DNA of 63,749 bases, filler included, from Octopus bimaculoides (Eukaryota), in the NCBI RefSeq assembly GCF_001194135.2. It is 11 parts of 10 records of this genome, joined end to end, with 100 filler letters (N's around TTAATTAATTAA, not from the genome) between each part and the next. Parts side by side here need not be neighbours in the genome. Positions count along the whole stretch, not along the records: positions 22,121 to 33,028 come from NC_069008.1; positions 33,129 to 38,386 come from NC_069007.1; 9 more parts are not named here. The stretch is one strand, 5' to 3'. The stretch's first letter is position 1, and every line of letters starts with the position of its first letter. Both the position numbers and the translations under genes were made by a program. The notes beneath the pieces were generated by a model, which saw only the letters and a list, made by a program, of their open reading frames with translations, made no database searches and had not been told where the DNA came from. Positions 25,859 through 37,033 of the stretch are shown here, piece after piece.

Positions 25859-26005
25859 ATGTATTTGCGTTTGTGTGTCCTGCTTTTGGCCATGGTGCCA
25901 CTGATAGCTGCTGACCTCCTCGACTCCGAAAACTTACGTAATTTCGTCCTTCAATTCCATAACGATCTCAGGGCAAACGAAGGAGCCTCAGATATGATTA
26001 AACTG
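25859..26005 (+). CDS. CAP/SCP (CRISP/PI16/antigen-5-like) secreted protein, first coding exon
   Basis: Acceptor TTTCAG at 25852, ATG at 25859 and donor CTG|GTAGGG. It encodes MYLRLCVLLLAMVPLIAA-DLLDSENLRNFVLQFHNDLRANEGASDMIKL: a signal peptide plus the CAP HNxxR...ASxMxxL motif. Confidence 0.9.
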
Positions 26006-26469
26006 GTAGGGTCTCCCTTGTTGTTATTGTTATTATTATTGTTGTTGTTGTCTCGTTATGGCTCTGGCTTTTGGCATAGTGGTGAAGGGGCTGGTGGTCA
26101 GATTCTTATTCTGGTGTTGTTGTTGGTGGTTGTTGTTGGTGTTTAACCCCAGGTCAACTCCAAGGCTGTTTTAGCACCTTTATAGGGCTCCGGGTTNNNN
26201 NNNNNNNNNNNNNNNNNNNNNNNNNNNNNNNNNNNNNNNNNNNNNNNNNNNNNNNNNNNNNNNNNNNNNNNNNNNNNNNNNNNNNNNNNNNNNNNNNNNN
26301 NNNNNNNNNNNNNNNNNNNNNNNNNNNNNNNNNNNNNNNNNNNNNNNNNNNNNNNNNNNNNNNNNNNCATGTCTGAAGACGGCGCTGGTCAACTCTGACT
26401 ATACAGATCTATGATCAAAGGCATTCCGGCCGTGACCATCCAACCTTTTTATGGATGTCTTTTTTTACA

Positions 26470-26775
26470 CGTTTCAGTCATTTGATTGCGACCATGCTGG
26501 AGTGCTGTCTTTAAGAGTTTTAGTCGAACATATCGAATCGTTACTCTTTTTTAAAAGCCCGGTACTCATTCTAACAGTCTCTATTGCTGAAGTTAATGAG
26601 GACGTAGACAAACTAACACCGGTTGTCAAACGGAAGGGTGGGAAGAAACACTCACACACACACACACACACNNNNNNNNNNNNNNNNNNNNNNNNNNNNN
26701 NNNNNNNNNNNNNNNNNNNNNNNNNNNCCCAAGGTGCCACGCAGTGGGACTGAACCCAGAACCATGTGGTTGGGA
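26470..26775 (-). mobile_element. tRNA-derived SINE (gap inside)
   Basis: tttcagtcatttgattgcgaccatgctggag...caaggtgccacgcagtgggactgaacccagaaccatgtggttggg. Confidence 0.8.
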
Positions 26776-26793
26776 AAATGACATTATCTAGCG

Positions 26794-26960
26794 CAGTAGT
26801 TCCCAACCTTTTTTCCGGCTGACCCCTCTATAACTTTCCAGAACAATGTACCCCCACCCCCACCATCAGTGGTTGGTGTAGTATTTTAGATCCCACACTC
26901 CACCACAATTATCCTTGGCCTCACCAGCCGTGTATATGTACCCCACGCTGGGAATCACTG
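26794..26960. mobile_element. hAT (Charlie-like) MITE
   Basis: TIRs cagtagttcccaac and gctgggaatcactg, with 8-bp flanks atctagcg and atttagtg (6/8 match, TCTAG-like target). Confidence 0.7.
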
Positions 26961-27742
26961 ATTTAGTGTATCCTTGCCTTGATTTGAGAGAGATTTGGTA
27001 ACTATTTCCAGCAGCTTAGATACCACATAGAGGCACCTGTCGTTACAGATGTAGAATTTAAAAAAGTATTAAATTACACTCACTTTTATGTACGGACTGC
27101 CACATGTCTCACATCTTGCTTATTTCCTGGAAGACAACCAACACCTTCATATTTTACTGGCCTCCTTTGAAAGGACAAGATATCTTCCTTCTCCATTCAC
27201 TGCTGAGAGCTTCGTCAACCATAAACACCTGCAATATTTTTCTGCTCTCTGTAAAAAGGATAAGGCATCTTCCCTCTTCCTTCATACTACAAGGCCAACG
27301 ACCACAACTTGGTCTCTTTTCTTACTTTCTGTTGAATGACAAGATTTGAAACTTTAAACTTTTCACTCTTCAATGTCAATAGAAATTATCAACGTTCTAC
27401 CTACCTACCTACCTACCTACCTACCTANNNNNNNNNNNNNNNNNNNNNNNNNNNNNNNNNNNNNNNNNNNNNNNNNNNNNNNNNNNNNNNNNNNNNNNNN
27501 NNNNNNNNNNNNNNNNNNNNNNNNNNNNNNNNNNNNNNNNNNNNNNNNNNNNNNNNNNNNNNNNNNNNNNNNNNNNNNNNNNNNNNNNNNNNNNNNNNNN
27601 NNNNNNNNNNNNNNNNNNNNNNNNNNNNNNNNNNNNNNNNNNNNNNNNNNNNNNNNNNNNNNNNNNNNNNNNNNNNNNNNNNNNNNNNNNNNNNNNNNNN
27701 NNNNNNNNNNNNNNNNNNNNNNNNNNNNNNNNNNNNNNNNNN

Positions 27743-27844
27743 ATCAAGGACCTCATCCGGTCTGAAATGCAACGTTGGTTCGATGAAAAGAGCGATTTCA
27801 GGCGACACGCTAATGGGTGTGGTAGCAGCTGTCACTATACTCAG
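27743..27844 (+). CDS. CAP/SCP protein, internal exon (5' end in gap)
   Basis: IKDLIRSEMQRWFDEKSDFRRHANGCGSSCHYTQ followed by the donor CAG|GTAAAT. It contains the CAP W..E and HYTQ signatures. This frame is missing from the ORF track. Confidence 0.9.
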
Positions 27845-27869
27845 GTAAATGTTATAATTCTTTTCTAAT

Positions 27870-28250
27870 TTTGACTCAAGGCCAGCAATTTTTAAGGGCT
27901 GGCGGCAAGTTGGTTACACTGACCTCAATGTTTGACTCATTTATTTTATCGACCCTCAAAGGATGAAAAGCAACGTGTTTTGTTCAATCCGCAAACGAAT
28001 GTGCCCCCTCTCCGCCCTTTAATAAAAATAATAATCCTTTCTTCTATAGGCACAAAGTCTAAAATTTTGTGGGAAGGGTACTAGTCGATTACATCAATCC
28101 CAGTGCTGGAGTGGTACTTATTTTATCGACCTCGGAAGGATGAAAAGCAAAACCGACATCGGCGGAATTTGAATTCAGGACGTAAAGACGGACGAAACGC
28201 CGCTAAGCAATTTGTCCGGCATGCTAACGATTTCGTCAGCTCACCGCGTT
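27870..28250 (-). mobile_element. Two tRNA-derived SINE copies (partial 27870-27975; full 28033-28250)
   Basis: Same body as 10042-10484. Confidence 0.8.
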
Positions 28251-28337
28251 AATAATAATAATAATAATAATAATANNNNNNNNNNNNNNNNNNNNNNNNN
28301 NNNNNNNNNNNNNNNNNNNNNNTAATAATAATAATAA

Positions 28338-28497
28338 CAAGAGCACTCAACGCAAACCTCCGTCAAGGCCGCACCAACGTCCTCACAACGATTAGCCGGA
28401 GAATACTAAAAATGAACCCGATCATTCTCGAAAATTAAGTAAAAAGAAAACGGGAAAATAATCCGGAATCCTTGTCCGGTACGTGATCGATCCCAAT
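28338..28497 (-). mobile_element. 3' part of Helentron-type non-autonomous element
   Basis: Reverse complement of the 3' half of 45307-45634 (ccttgacggaggtttgcgttgagtgctcttg). Confidence 0.55.
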
Positions 28498-28600
28498 GGT
28501 AGTCNNNNNNNNNNNNNNNNNNNNNNNNNNNNNNNNNNNNNNNNNNNNNNNNNNNNNNNNNNNNNNNNNNNNNNNNNNNNNNNNNNNNNNNNNNNNNNNN

Positions 28601-28737
28601 GGAACAGGGACAGTTTTCTCTATGAAGGCCTTTTTTAGTCTATCCAGTGACATAGAGTCTTTACGGCCATTAAGGTCTACAGTGAAGAATTTATCCGTGC
28701 GTGAAAGAAAACGGAAAGGACCTGCATACGGTGCTGT
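28601..28737 (-). mobile_element. Ty3/Gypsy integrase C-terminal fragment
   Basis: TAPYAGPFRFLSRTDKFFTVDLNGRKDSMSLDRLKKAF is the GPF/Y motif region of Gypsy integrases; flanked by gaps. Confidence 0.85.
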
Positions 28738-31529
28738 NNNNNNNNNNNNNNNNNNNNNNNNNNNNNNNNNNNNNNNNNNNNNNNNNNNNNNNNNNNNNNN
28801 NNNNNNNNNNNNNNNNNNNNNNNNNNNNNCAGAGCTAGAAATGCAATTGTCAAGTAGGTAAGAAGTTTTAAATAGGAGTGATATATTCAAAATTGGTAAA
28901 ACTACAAATTGTCGAGGATAAATTAAATCTATTATTGTTACTGGATATGTTAGTGTTATTGAATTTCTAGACGGTTTTNNNNNNNNNNNNNNNNNNNNNN
29001 NNNNNNNNNNNNNNNNNNNNNNNNNNNNNNNNNNNNNNNNNNNNNNNNNNNNNNNNNNNNNNNNNNNNNNNNNNNNNNNNNNNNNNNNNNNNNNNNNNNN
29101 NNNNNNNNNNNNNNNNNNNNNNNNNNNNNNNNNNNNNNNNNNNNNNNNNNNNNNNNNNNNNNNNNNNNNNNNNNNNNNNNNNNNNNNNNNNNNNNNNNNN
29201 NNNNNNNNNNNNNNNNNNNNNNNNNNNNNNNNNNNNNNNNNNNNNNNNNNNNNNNNNNNNNNNNNNNNNNNNNNNNNNNNNNNNNNNNNNNNNNNNNNNN
29301 NNNNNNNNNNNNNNNNNNNNNNNNNNNNNNNNNNNNNNNNNNNNNNNNNNNNNNNNNNNNNNNNNNNNNNNNNNNNNNNNNNNNNNNNNNNNNNNNNNNN
29401 NNNNNNNNNNNNNNNNNNNNNNNNNNNNNNNNNNNNNNNNNNNNNNNNNNNNNNNNNNNNNNNNNNNNNNNNNNNNNNNNNNNNNNNNNNNNNNNNNNNN
29501 NNNNNNNNNNNNNNNNNNNNNNNNNNNNNNNNNNNNNNNNNNNNNNNNNNNNNNNNNNNNNNNNNNNNNNNNNNNNNNNNNNNNNNNNNNNNNNNNNNNN
29601 NNNNNNNNNNNNNNNNNNNNNNNNNNNNNNNNNNNNNNNNNNNNNNNNNNNNNNNNNNNNNNNNNNNNNNNNNNNNNNNNNNNNNNNNNNNNNNNNNNNN
29701 NNNNNNNNNNNNNNNNNNNNNNNNNNNNNNNNTGACATAAATAGAAAATTTCTGCAAATAACACTTGCTGAACTGGACAAATATTTAGAAAGAAAGAATG
29801 AAAGATTTATGAATGTAATAAAGAAATGCGAAACATAAACAAAACAAAGTCTTTTCTATACACGAAGAAGCGATAAAATACAAAGCAGAAATAGATTACA
29901 TTGAAACAATAAATATAAATAATAANNNNNNNNNNNNNNNNNNNNNNNNNNNNNNNNNNNNNNNNNNNNNNNNNNNNNNNNNNNNNNNNNNNNNNNNNNN
30001 NNNNNNNNNNNNNNNNNNNNNNNNNNNNNNNNNNNNNNNNNNNNNNNNNNNNNNNNNNNNNNNNNNNNNNNNNNNNNNNNNNNNNNNNNNNNNNNNNNNN
30101 NNNNNGGATGAGAGGCAAATATGATCTCGATGAGATTTGCCTAAAAACGTTAGCAGCCAGAAGAAATATCGCTTAGCATTTATTCCGATGCTCTAATGAT
30201 TCTGCCAGCGATTCTGCTATTATAAATCTATTCACATTTTCCTTTTCTTGGTTCTCTTCTGATTGAATCGGTTGTGCCTGCTCGTTGTTGAAAACTTTGC
30301 GCAGCCACTGTGTTATCTGCATCAAGGTCAACTGTTTGTCAATGATTGCTGCAAGAACTACCNNNNNNNNNNNGAAATAGCAGGACAATGTTTGTATACA
30401 CAGTATTGGATGGTCGTTGACTGTAATAAGTTCGTCCGTCCTTTGACAAGTTTTAACTACCGCAGAGGCCCCAAGCACTTTCCTCGTTAAGCAATAGATC
30501 AATAATTTCTTACGTTTATAAATTAATTTGGACTTACACTTTCAGATTTCTAATGCCTCTATGCAACAAAAATTATAACTACCCCAACTCATTTATAAAG
30601 AAGTGTAGTACATATAACGGGCCATGAATAATATTAATTAATGTCCTATCCATACGTTAATGAGGTGTTAAATAATTTTCNNNNNNNNNNNNNNNNNNNN
30701 NNNNNNNNNNNNNNNNNNNNNNNNNNNNNNNNNNNNNNNNNNNNNNNNNNNNNNNNNNNNNNNNNNNNNNNNNNNNNNNNCTTTGTTTTCTTTTCAGTTA
30801 AACAACATGTAACGAAGTTCTTTCTTTTTTGTTTCTCTCTTTTAAGTCAACATCACAGTTAACAGTTCTTTTTCTTTATACATCATAACGACAAGTACNN
30901 NNNNNNNNGGAAGAATATTTACACAAACCTTTACCGTAATAACTTCCTTTCTTTCAAAGCTCTCACAAGAACTGATTAAAGTAGCCTACTACTTTCTTTT
31001 GCCTGCCGCAACAGTTCCATCTCATTGTCCCTCTCTCTCTGAGNNNNNNNNNNNNNNNNNNNNNNNNNNNNNNNNNNNNNNNNNNNNNNNNNNNNNNNNN
31101 NNNNNNNNNNNNNNNNNNNNNNNNNNNNNNNNNNNNNNNNNNNNNNNNNNNNNNNNNNNNNNNNNNNNNNNNNNNNNNNNNNNNNNNNNNNNNNNNNNNN
31201 NNNNNNNNNNNNNNNNNNNNNNNNNNNNNNNNNNNNNNNNNNNNNNNNNNNNNNNNNNNNNNNNNNNNNNNNNNNNNNNNNNNNNNNNNNNNNNNNNNNN
31301 NNNNNNNNNNNNNNNNNNNNNNNNNNNNNNNNNNNNNNNNNNNNNNNNNNNNNNNNNNNNNNNNNNNCTCAATAGTGTTACTTTACCCCCTCCCAAAGCT
31401 GGGTCAGTTCAGTACAAGTCCTATCTTGTTTTTCTGACCTTTCGCTGACCGGAAAGGGTCAGCGATCACTCCTACGCTAAAAATAGCATTTTCGTTGCGT
31501 CTTGCAACCTTTTCAATAGTCGTTGACTC

Positions 31530-31604
31530 TGTCATTATCAGAGATGCTTTGTGAAGTTCATACTGAAGATATCACCCACATCATAAGCAGTTGTCCGAAA
31601 ATGT
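31530..31604 (+). mobile_element. Third R4/Dong-like LINE fragment (zinc knuckle)
   Basis: LCEVHTEDITHIISSCPKM, then a gap. Confidence 0.75.
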
Positions 31605-32289
31605 NNNNNNNNNNNNNNNNNNNNNNNNNNNNNNNNNNNNNNNNNNNNNNNNNNNNNNNNNNNNNNNNNNNNNNNNNNNNNNNNNNNNNNNNNNNNNNNN
31701 NNNNNNNNNNNNNNNNNNNNNNNNNNNNNNNNNNNNNNNNNNNNNNNNNNNNNNNNNNNNNNNNNNNNNNNNNNNNNNNNNNNNNNNNNNNNNNNNNNNN
31801 NNNNNNTTTCAAAATTGGTAACCAAGAATCGATATTTTGTTTCGAATTAGGGTTAAAAGAAAGGTGTTTAAAGAACTTTGCAGTTAAATATTGTTTCAGG
31901 CTCCGCTACGCAATTGAAAACTATTTAAATCGCTATTTTTGGCCGAACTTTGGATTTGAATGATTATAAGATGTAACGAATACATGTTTCTTCATAGTAG
32001 AATGCAAAATAGTAAATACAGTATCCTTATAATGTTGCGTACCAAGTTTCAATACAATTGACTAATATCTTGAGATTCCGCATTGACTATAAAAAGAACG
32101 GGTGTGTGAACTTTTTTCCAGTGCCGCTGCAACGGTCGTTGCGTGTGGAAGTACGTCGTACGTGTGTGAAGTTCTCTACTTTGTACCTTGACTTCAGGCC
32201 ATTGTATTAAAATTAATGATCGTGTTAAATTTAGTGNNNNNNNNNNCCATTGTATTAAAATTAATGATCGTGTTAAATTTAGTGTTGTT

Positions 32290-32670
32290 TACATTTTGTG
32301 ATGACTCATAAGTCAACAACGCGTCGTGATACTGAATGCCCAATATTTGGTACTCCATGCGATCTTAGCGAGTGAGTTTTGCCAATTGATAAGGATGTAC
32401 TAAAATGTGTTTTATTTGAACGAGAAAAAAGAAAAGAATGTAGCTGAGAAAGATCCTTCAATTAAACAAATTGTCAAGACTGTAGCNNNNNNNNNNNNNN
32501 NNNNNNNNNNNNNNNNNNNNNNNNNNNNNNNNNNNNNNNACGATTGAGTCAGTTAAACCGAAAATCTTAAACTTTTATCTAAAGTACCAGACATTACTAA
32601 AATCTGTGAAAATGTGCCACCGTTTCAAACAAAGTGTAATGTGTTTAAAAACAATGCAACAAAAGATTTA
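32290..32670 (+). mobile_element. DNA transposase N-terminal fragment, superfamily uncertain
   Basis: TRRDTECPIFGTPCDLSE.VLPIDKDVLKCVLFERE..KDPSIKQIVKTV and KILNFYLKYQTLLKS resemble N-termini of invertebrate cut-and-paste transposases; broken by gaps and stops. Confidence 0.5.
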
Positions 32671-33127
32671 NNNNNNNNNNNNNNNNNNNNNNNNNNNNNN
32701 NNNNNNNNNNNNNNNNNNNNNNNNNNNNNNNNNNNNNNNNNNNNNNNNNNNNNNNNNNNNNNNNNNNNNNNNNNNNNNNNNNNNNNNNNNNNNNNNNNNN
32801 NNNNNNNNNNNNNNNNNNNNNNNNNNNNNNNNNNNNNNNNNNNNNNNNNNNNNNNNNNNNNNNNNNNNNNNNNNNNNNNNNNNNNNNNNNNNNNNNNNNN
32901 NNNNNNNNNNNNNNNNNNNNNNNNTACAGAGTCTGAAGATACAAATTTTAGAGTTTGAAATTTTAACACTCTTGTTTTTAAAGGATTTTGCAAAAGAAAA
33001 TTGATTCGTAACAAGGAGTGTAAATATTNNNNNNNNNNNNNNNNNNNNNNNNNNNNNNNNNNNNNNNNNNNNTTAATTAATTAANNNNNNNNNNNNNNNN
33101 NNNNNNNNNNNNNNNNNNNNNNNNNNN

Positions 33128-33983
33128 NTGGCACCTCTTTAATCTTCGCCGATTTGCTGCCAATTCAAAGGTTCTCCATATTATTATTCGTGACCTCCTT
33201 TATGCAGATGACTGTGACTTAGTCACTCATACAGTGGATGACATGCAAATACTCATGAATTGCATTTCTGCTTCTTGCAAGGCATTTGGACTTGGCATTA
33301 GCCTGGACAAGACTGTTGTAATGTTCCAGCCTGCACCAGGAAATCCATATGTGAAACCAGCTATCTTGGTTGAAGGAACAATTCTGAAGGTAGTAGACAA
33401 GTTTGTCTACCCGGGCAGCACACTCAACTGTTCCTGCTCCCTGGATGAGGAAATATCTTTTAGGTTGCAGAGAGCAACTAATTCCTTCCGGTCTCTTCAA
33501 TCTTGTGTCTGGTCCCAGCATGGCATAGCAAGGCAAACAAAAGTTGCTGTGTACTGTGCATGTGTACTGACATCGCTCCTCTACTCATGTGAGACATGGA
33601 CTCTGTACAAACGTCAGGTAAGGGTCCTTGAATGCTTTCATCAGAGATGTCGCAGGCACATTCTCAACGTTGGCTGAACCTCAAAAATCCAGACACACAG
33701 GTCCTGAGGACAGCTGATATCTTGAGTACTGAGGCGATGGTGCACAAGCACCGGTTACGTTGGACTGGACACCTTATTAGAATGAAGAATAGCAGGATTT
33801 CTAAGCAGATGCTATATGGAGAACTTGTGAATGGAAGGAGACTCCGGCAGAAACCAAGGCTGCGCTTTAAGGACTGTGTCAAGTCCTCATTAAAGGCCTG
33901 TGATATGCAGGACACTGACTGGGAGAACAATGCCTGTCATCGCCACGGATGGAGGAAGCAGGTTAAGGAGGGGATTGACACTT
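33128..33983 (+). mobile_element. RTE-clade LINE, RT C-terminal half
   Basis: LLYADD at 33195-33212, then FGLGISLDKTVVM, LLYSCETWTLY, HRLRWTGHLIRM and KQMLYGEL. One frameshift near 33670. Confidence 0.92.
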
Positions 33984-34285
33984 TTGAGAGAGCATGTATC
34001 CAGNNNNNNNNNNNNNNNNNNNNNNNNNNNNNNNNNNNNNNNNNNNNNNNNNNNNNNNNNNNNNNNNNNNNNNNNNNNNNNNNNNNNNNNNNNNNNNNNN
34101 NNNNNNNNNNNNNNNNNNNNNNNNNNNNNNNNNNNNNNNNNNNNNNNNNNNNNNNNNNNNNNNNNNNNNNNNNNNNNNNNNNNNNNNNNNNNNNNNNNNN
34201 NNNNNNNNNNNNNNNNNNNNNNNNNNNNNNNNNNNNNNNNNNNNNNNNNNNNNNNNNNNNNNNNTGTATCTATTGTTATACTCTC

Positions 34286-34673
34286 TTTTACTTGTTTCAG
34301 TCATTTGACTGTGACCATGCTGGAGCACCGCCTTTAGTCGAGCAAATGGACCCCAGGACTTATTCTTTGGAAGCCTAGTACATATTTTATCGGTGTCTTT
34401 TTGCCAAACCGCTAAGTTACGGGGACATAAACACACCACCATCGGTTGTCAAGCGATGTTGGGGGGGACAAACACAGACACACAAACATATACACACACA
34501 TACATACATATATATACGACGGGCTTCTTTCAGTTTCCATCTACCAAATCCACTCACAAGGCTTTGGTCGGCCCGAGGCTATAGTAGAAGACACTTGCCC
34601 AAGGTGCCACGCAGTGGGACTGAACTCGGAACCATGTGGTTCGTAAGCAAGCCACTTAACACACAGCCACTCC
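34286..34673 (-). mobile_element. Full-length tRNA-derived SINE
   Basis: The minus strand begins ggagtggctgtgtgttaagtggcttgcttacgaaccacatggttccgagttcagtcccactgcg (tRNA-like A/B boxes). It has a central (TG)/(TATG) patch and a 3' tgactgaaacaagtaaaaga end. Confidence 0.9.
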
Positions 34674-35085
34674 TATATTAAGAGAAGCTATTTAAGAGAG
34701 AAACGATGATTTGCAGTTTTATTTCTTTTGCCGAGTTATTGTACTTCAAGTCACAATAATATATTTTACGATTTTAAAATTTCCCTAAGTCTTTAACAAA
34801 CTATTTAACCGTGTAATTCCCTTCTTCATGTCTTTAACATTTCTCTTTCTCTTCACCTCTCACCTCCACTAACCACATGAGTGACTGCATAACGCATCGG
34901 CTGGCTATCTGCTCTGTCACTCACTCTCACGTTCCCTTTTCCTCCCTCTCACTCCACCTTCTCCTCCACTCTAACACACTAAAAAATGTGTGAACAAACA
35001 AGCAGAAGAATAATATAGATTTAGTTCAATAAATAAATACTTTTCACTACCAACACACCACCATCACCACCACTATGCTTACACT

Positions 35086-35668
35086 GTAAAGCCAGAAAGA
35101 AAAATGGAAATGATCAGGCTCAAACTTCTATCACATGACCACAATAGTACTAACTATGAGCACACACGCGCAGAAGCCAGTGTGTAAGCATGGCTGCTCT
35201 ATTACCAATGTTCACCAAAGAACAATGAGCAGTGATCTGATTTCTCTGGTCGGAAGGTGAGTCAGGTGCTGAAATCTAATGAAGGCTTTTAGCATAATAC
35301 GGGGACAGTGCACTACCATGTAGAAGTGTGTATGAGTGGAGAGAAAAGTTTAGAAGTGGCTGGACAAGTGTGACAGGAGCAGGATGCCTCCACCACTGAC
35401 GAAAAGATTCAGAAAGCTCAAGAGATGGTAATGGTGAACTGGTTCACCATTACCATCTCTTGCATCACTACTCTTTGTTTTTGTTTGGTGCACTTTGCTA
35501 GTGGAATGGCCAGTCGAAAGCCAGAGAGAAAAATGGAAATGATCAGGCTCAAACTTCAATCACGTAAGCACAATAGTACCAACTATAATCACGCAAGCGC
35601 AGAAGGCAGTGTGGCAATAATAAAGATAGGTTATGGTGAAAGTGCAGATAATTTTTGACTTCCCCTTG
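35086..35668 (+). mobile_element. Rearranged, deleted mariner element
   Basis: ATG at 35190 begins a decayed MAALLPMFTKEQ.AVI.FLWSEG..SGAEI..RLL..YGDSALPCRSVYEWREKF..STTDEKIQKAQEMV. The 5' leader is duplicated (35088-35184 and 35517-35613). A TIR-like end gcagataatttttgacttccccttg is followed by TA. Confidence 0.8.
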
Positions 35669-35685
35669 TAAATAGACAGATAGAT

Positions 35686-35709
35686 AGAGAGAGAGAGATA
35701 GAGGGAGAT

Positions 35710-35785
<76 letters not shown>

Positions 35786-35930
35786 GTAGGTAGATAGATA
35801 GATAGATAGATAGAGAGAGAGATAGGTAGGTAGATAGAGAGACAGAGAGATAGACAGACAAACAGACAGGTAGATAAATAGATAAAGATAGCTGTGTATG
35901 TAGAGAGATAATTAGATAGATAGATGACAA
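35686..35930. repeat. (GA)n/(GATA)n compound microsatellite
   Basis: Direct reading. Confidence 0.95.
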
Positions 35931-37033
35931 ACAGCTAGACTAAGAGAGAAAGAGAGAGAGAGAGAAAGCAAAAGGGACAAGATGTAAAAAGGAAGTGCTG
36001 GAGGTGCTGGTGTATAGCTAATGTGACATCTGTAAGAAAGAGTCAGTGAGGGAGTGTCTTCCAAATTTGTGTGACTTTGAAGAATAACATTGTCAAAAGA
36101 ATCCCTTCTCTTGAATATGAGACTGAAGTGATATACCTTTATACTTTGGGGAAACATTGTGTGAGGTGTCGCATTGCCATGAAGCTCAATTGCAAAAATG
36201 CTAAGTCTGTCTTTCTGTCTTTATTGTGTCATGATATAACAACAGTCAGTTCTCCCAATCTGTCTTTGTGTCTCTCATTTTAAAAAAAATTGCCAATTTG
36301 CTGTCTCAGATATATGCAGTATTTGCTGGTTCATTTCTATATGACTTGTGTAGGGTGCAAAAGTAATGTCAATATATTCAATTAATGAATAAGAAAATTT
36401 TTTTAAATGCCTCTCAGTATGCAAATGCAATTAATTTCACCATTTTTGTCCAACCCATGCTAGCATGGAAAGCGTACGTTAAACAATTAAACAATTGCAG
36501 TATGAAAGTATTATGTGTGTGTTTAGCTAATATTTGTTGAGTGAAAATTACGGCATTCAGATTCTGCATTGTGCACTAAACAATCGGAAGGATGACTGAA
36601 CTGAAAACAAATAATTTCAATATATGAATATATGTATATGTATGGAGAGAGAAGGAGAGAGAGAGAGGAGAAAGAATAAGAGGAGAGACATTTATGAATA
36701 CATGCTACAGTGCACTGCAATTAAGCAAACAGTGCACAATTCTGTTAGGTTGATTGAAATAATATTTATACACAGCAGAGCATGTATATATATACGTATA
36801 TATATATATATATATATATATATATNNNNNNNNNNNNNNNNNNNNNNNNNNNNNNNNNNNNNNNNNNNNNNNNNNNNNNNNNNNNNNNNNNNNNNNNNNN
36901 NNNNNNNNNNNNNNNNNNNNNNNNNNNNNNNNNNNNNNNNNNNNNNNNNNNNNNNNNNNNNNNNNNNNNNNNNNNNNNNNNNNNNNNNNNNNNNNNNNNN
37001 NNNNNNNNNNNNNNNNNNNNNNNNNNNNNNNNN

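Noticed and set aside
31442-31465. GC-rich 9-bp hairpin resembling a terminator
   Set aside because: Eukaryotic context, between gaps and next to a LINE fragment; no supporting evidence.
32197-32285. About 38-bp direct repeat around a 10-N gap
   Set aside because: Same overlap artefact.
35425-35658. 77-aa ORF with signal-peptide-like N-terminus
   Set aside because: It is composed of mariner transposase, palindrome and duplicated leader sequence.
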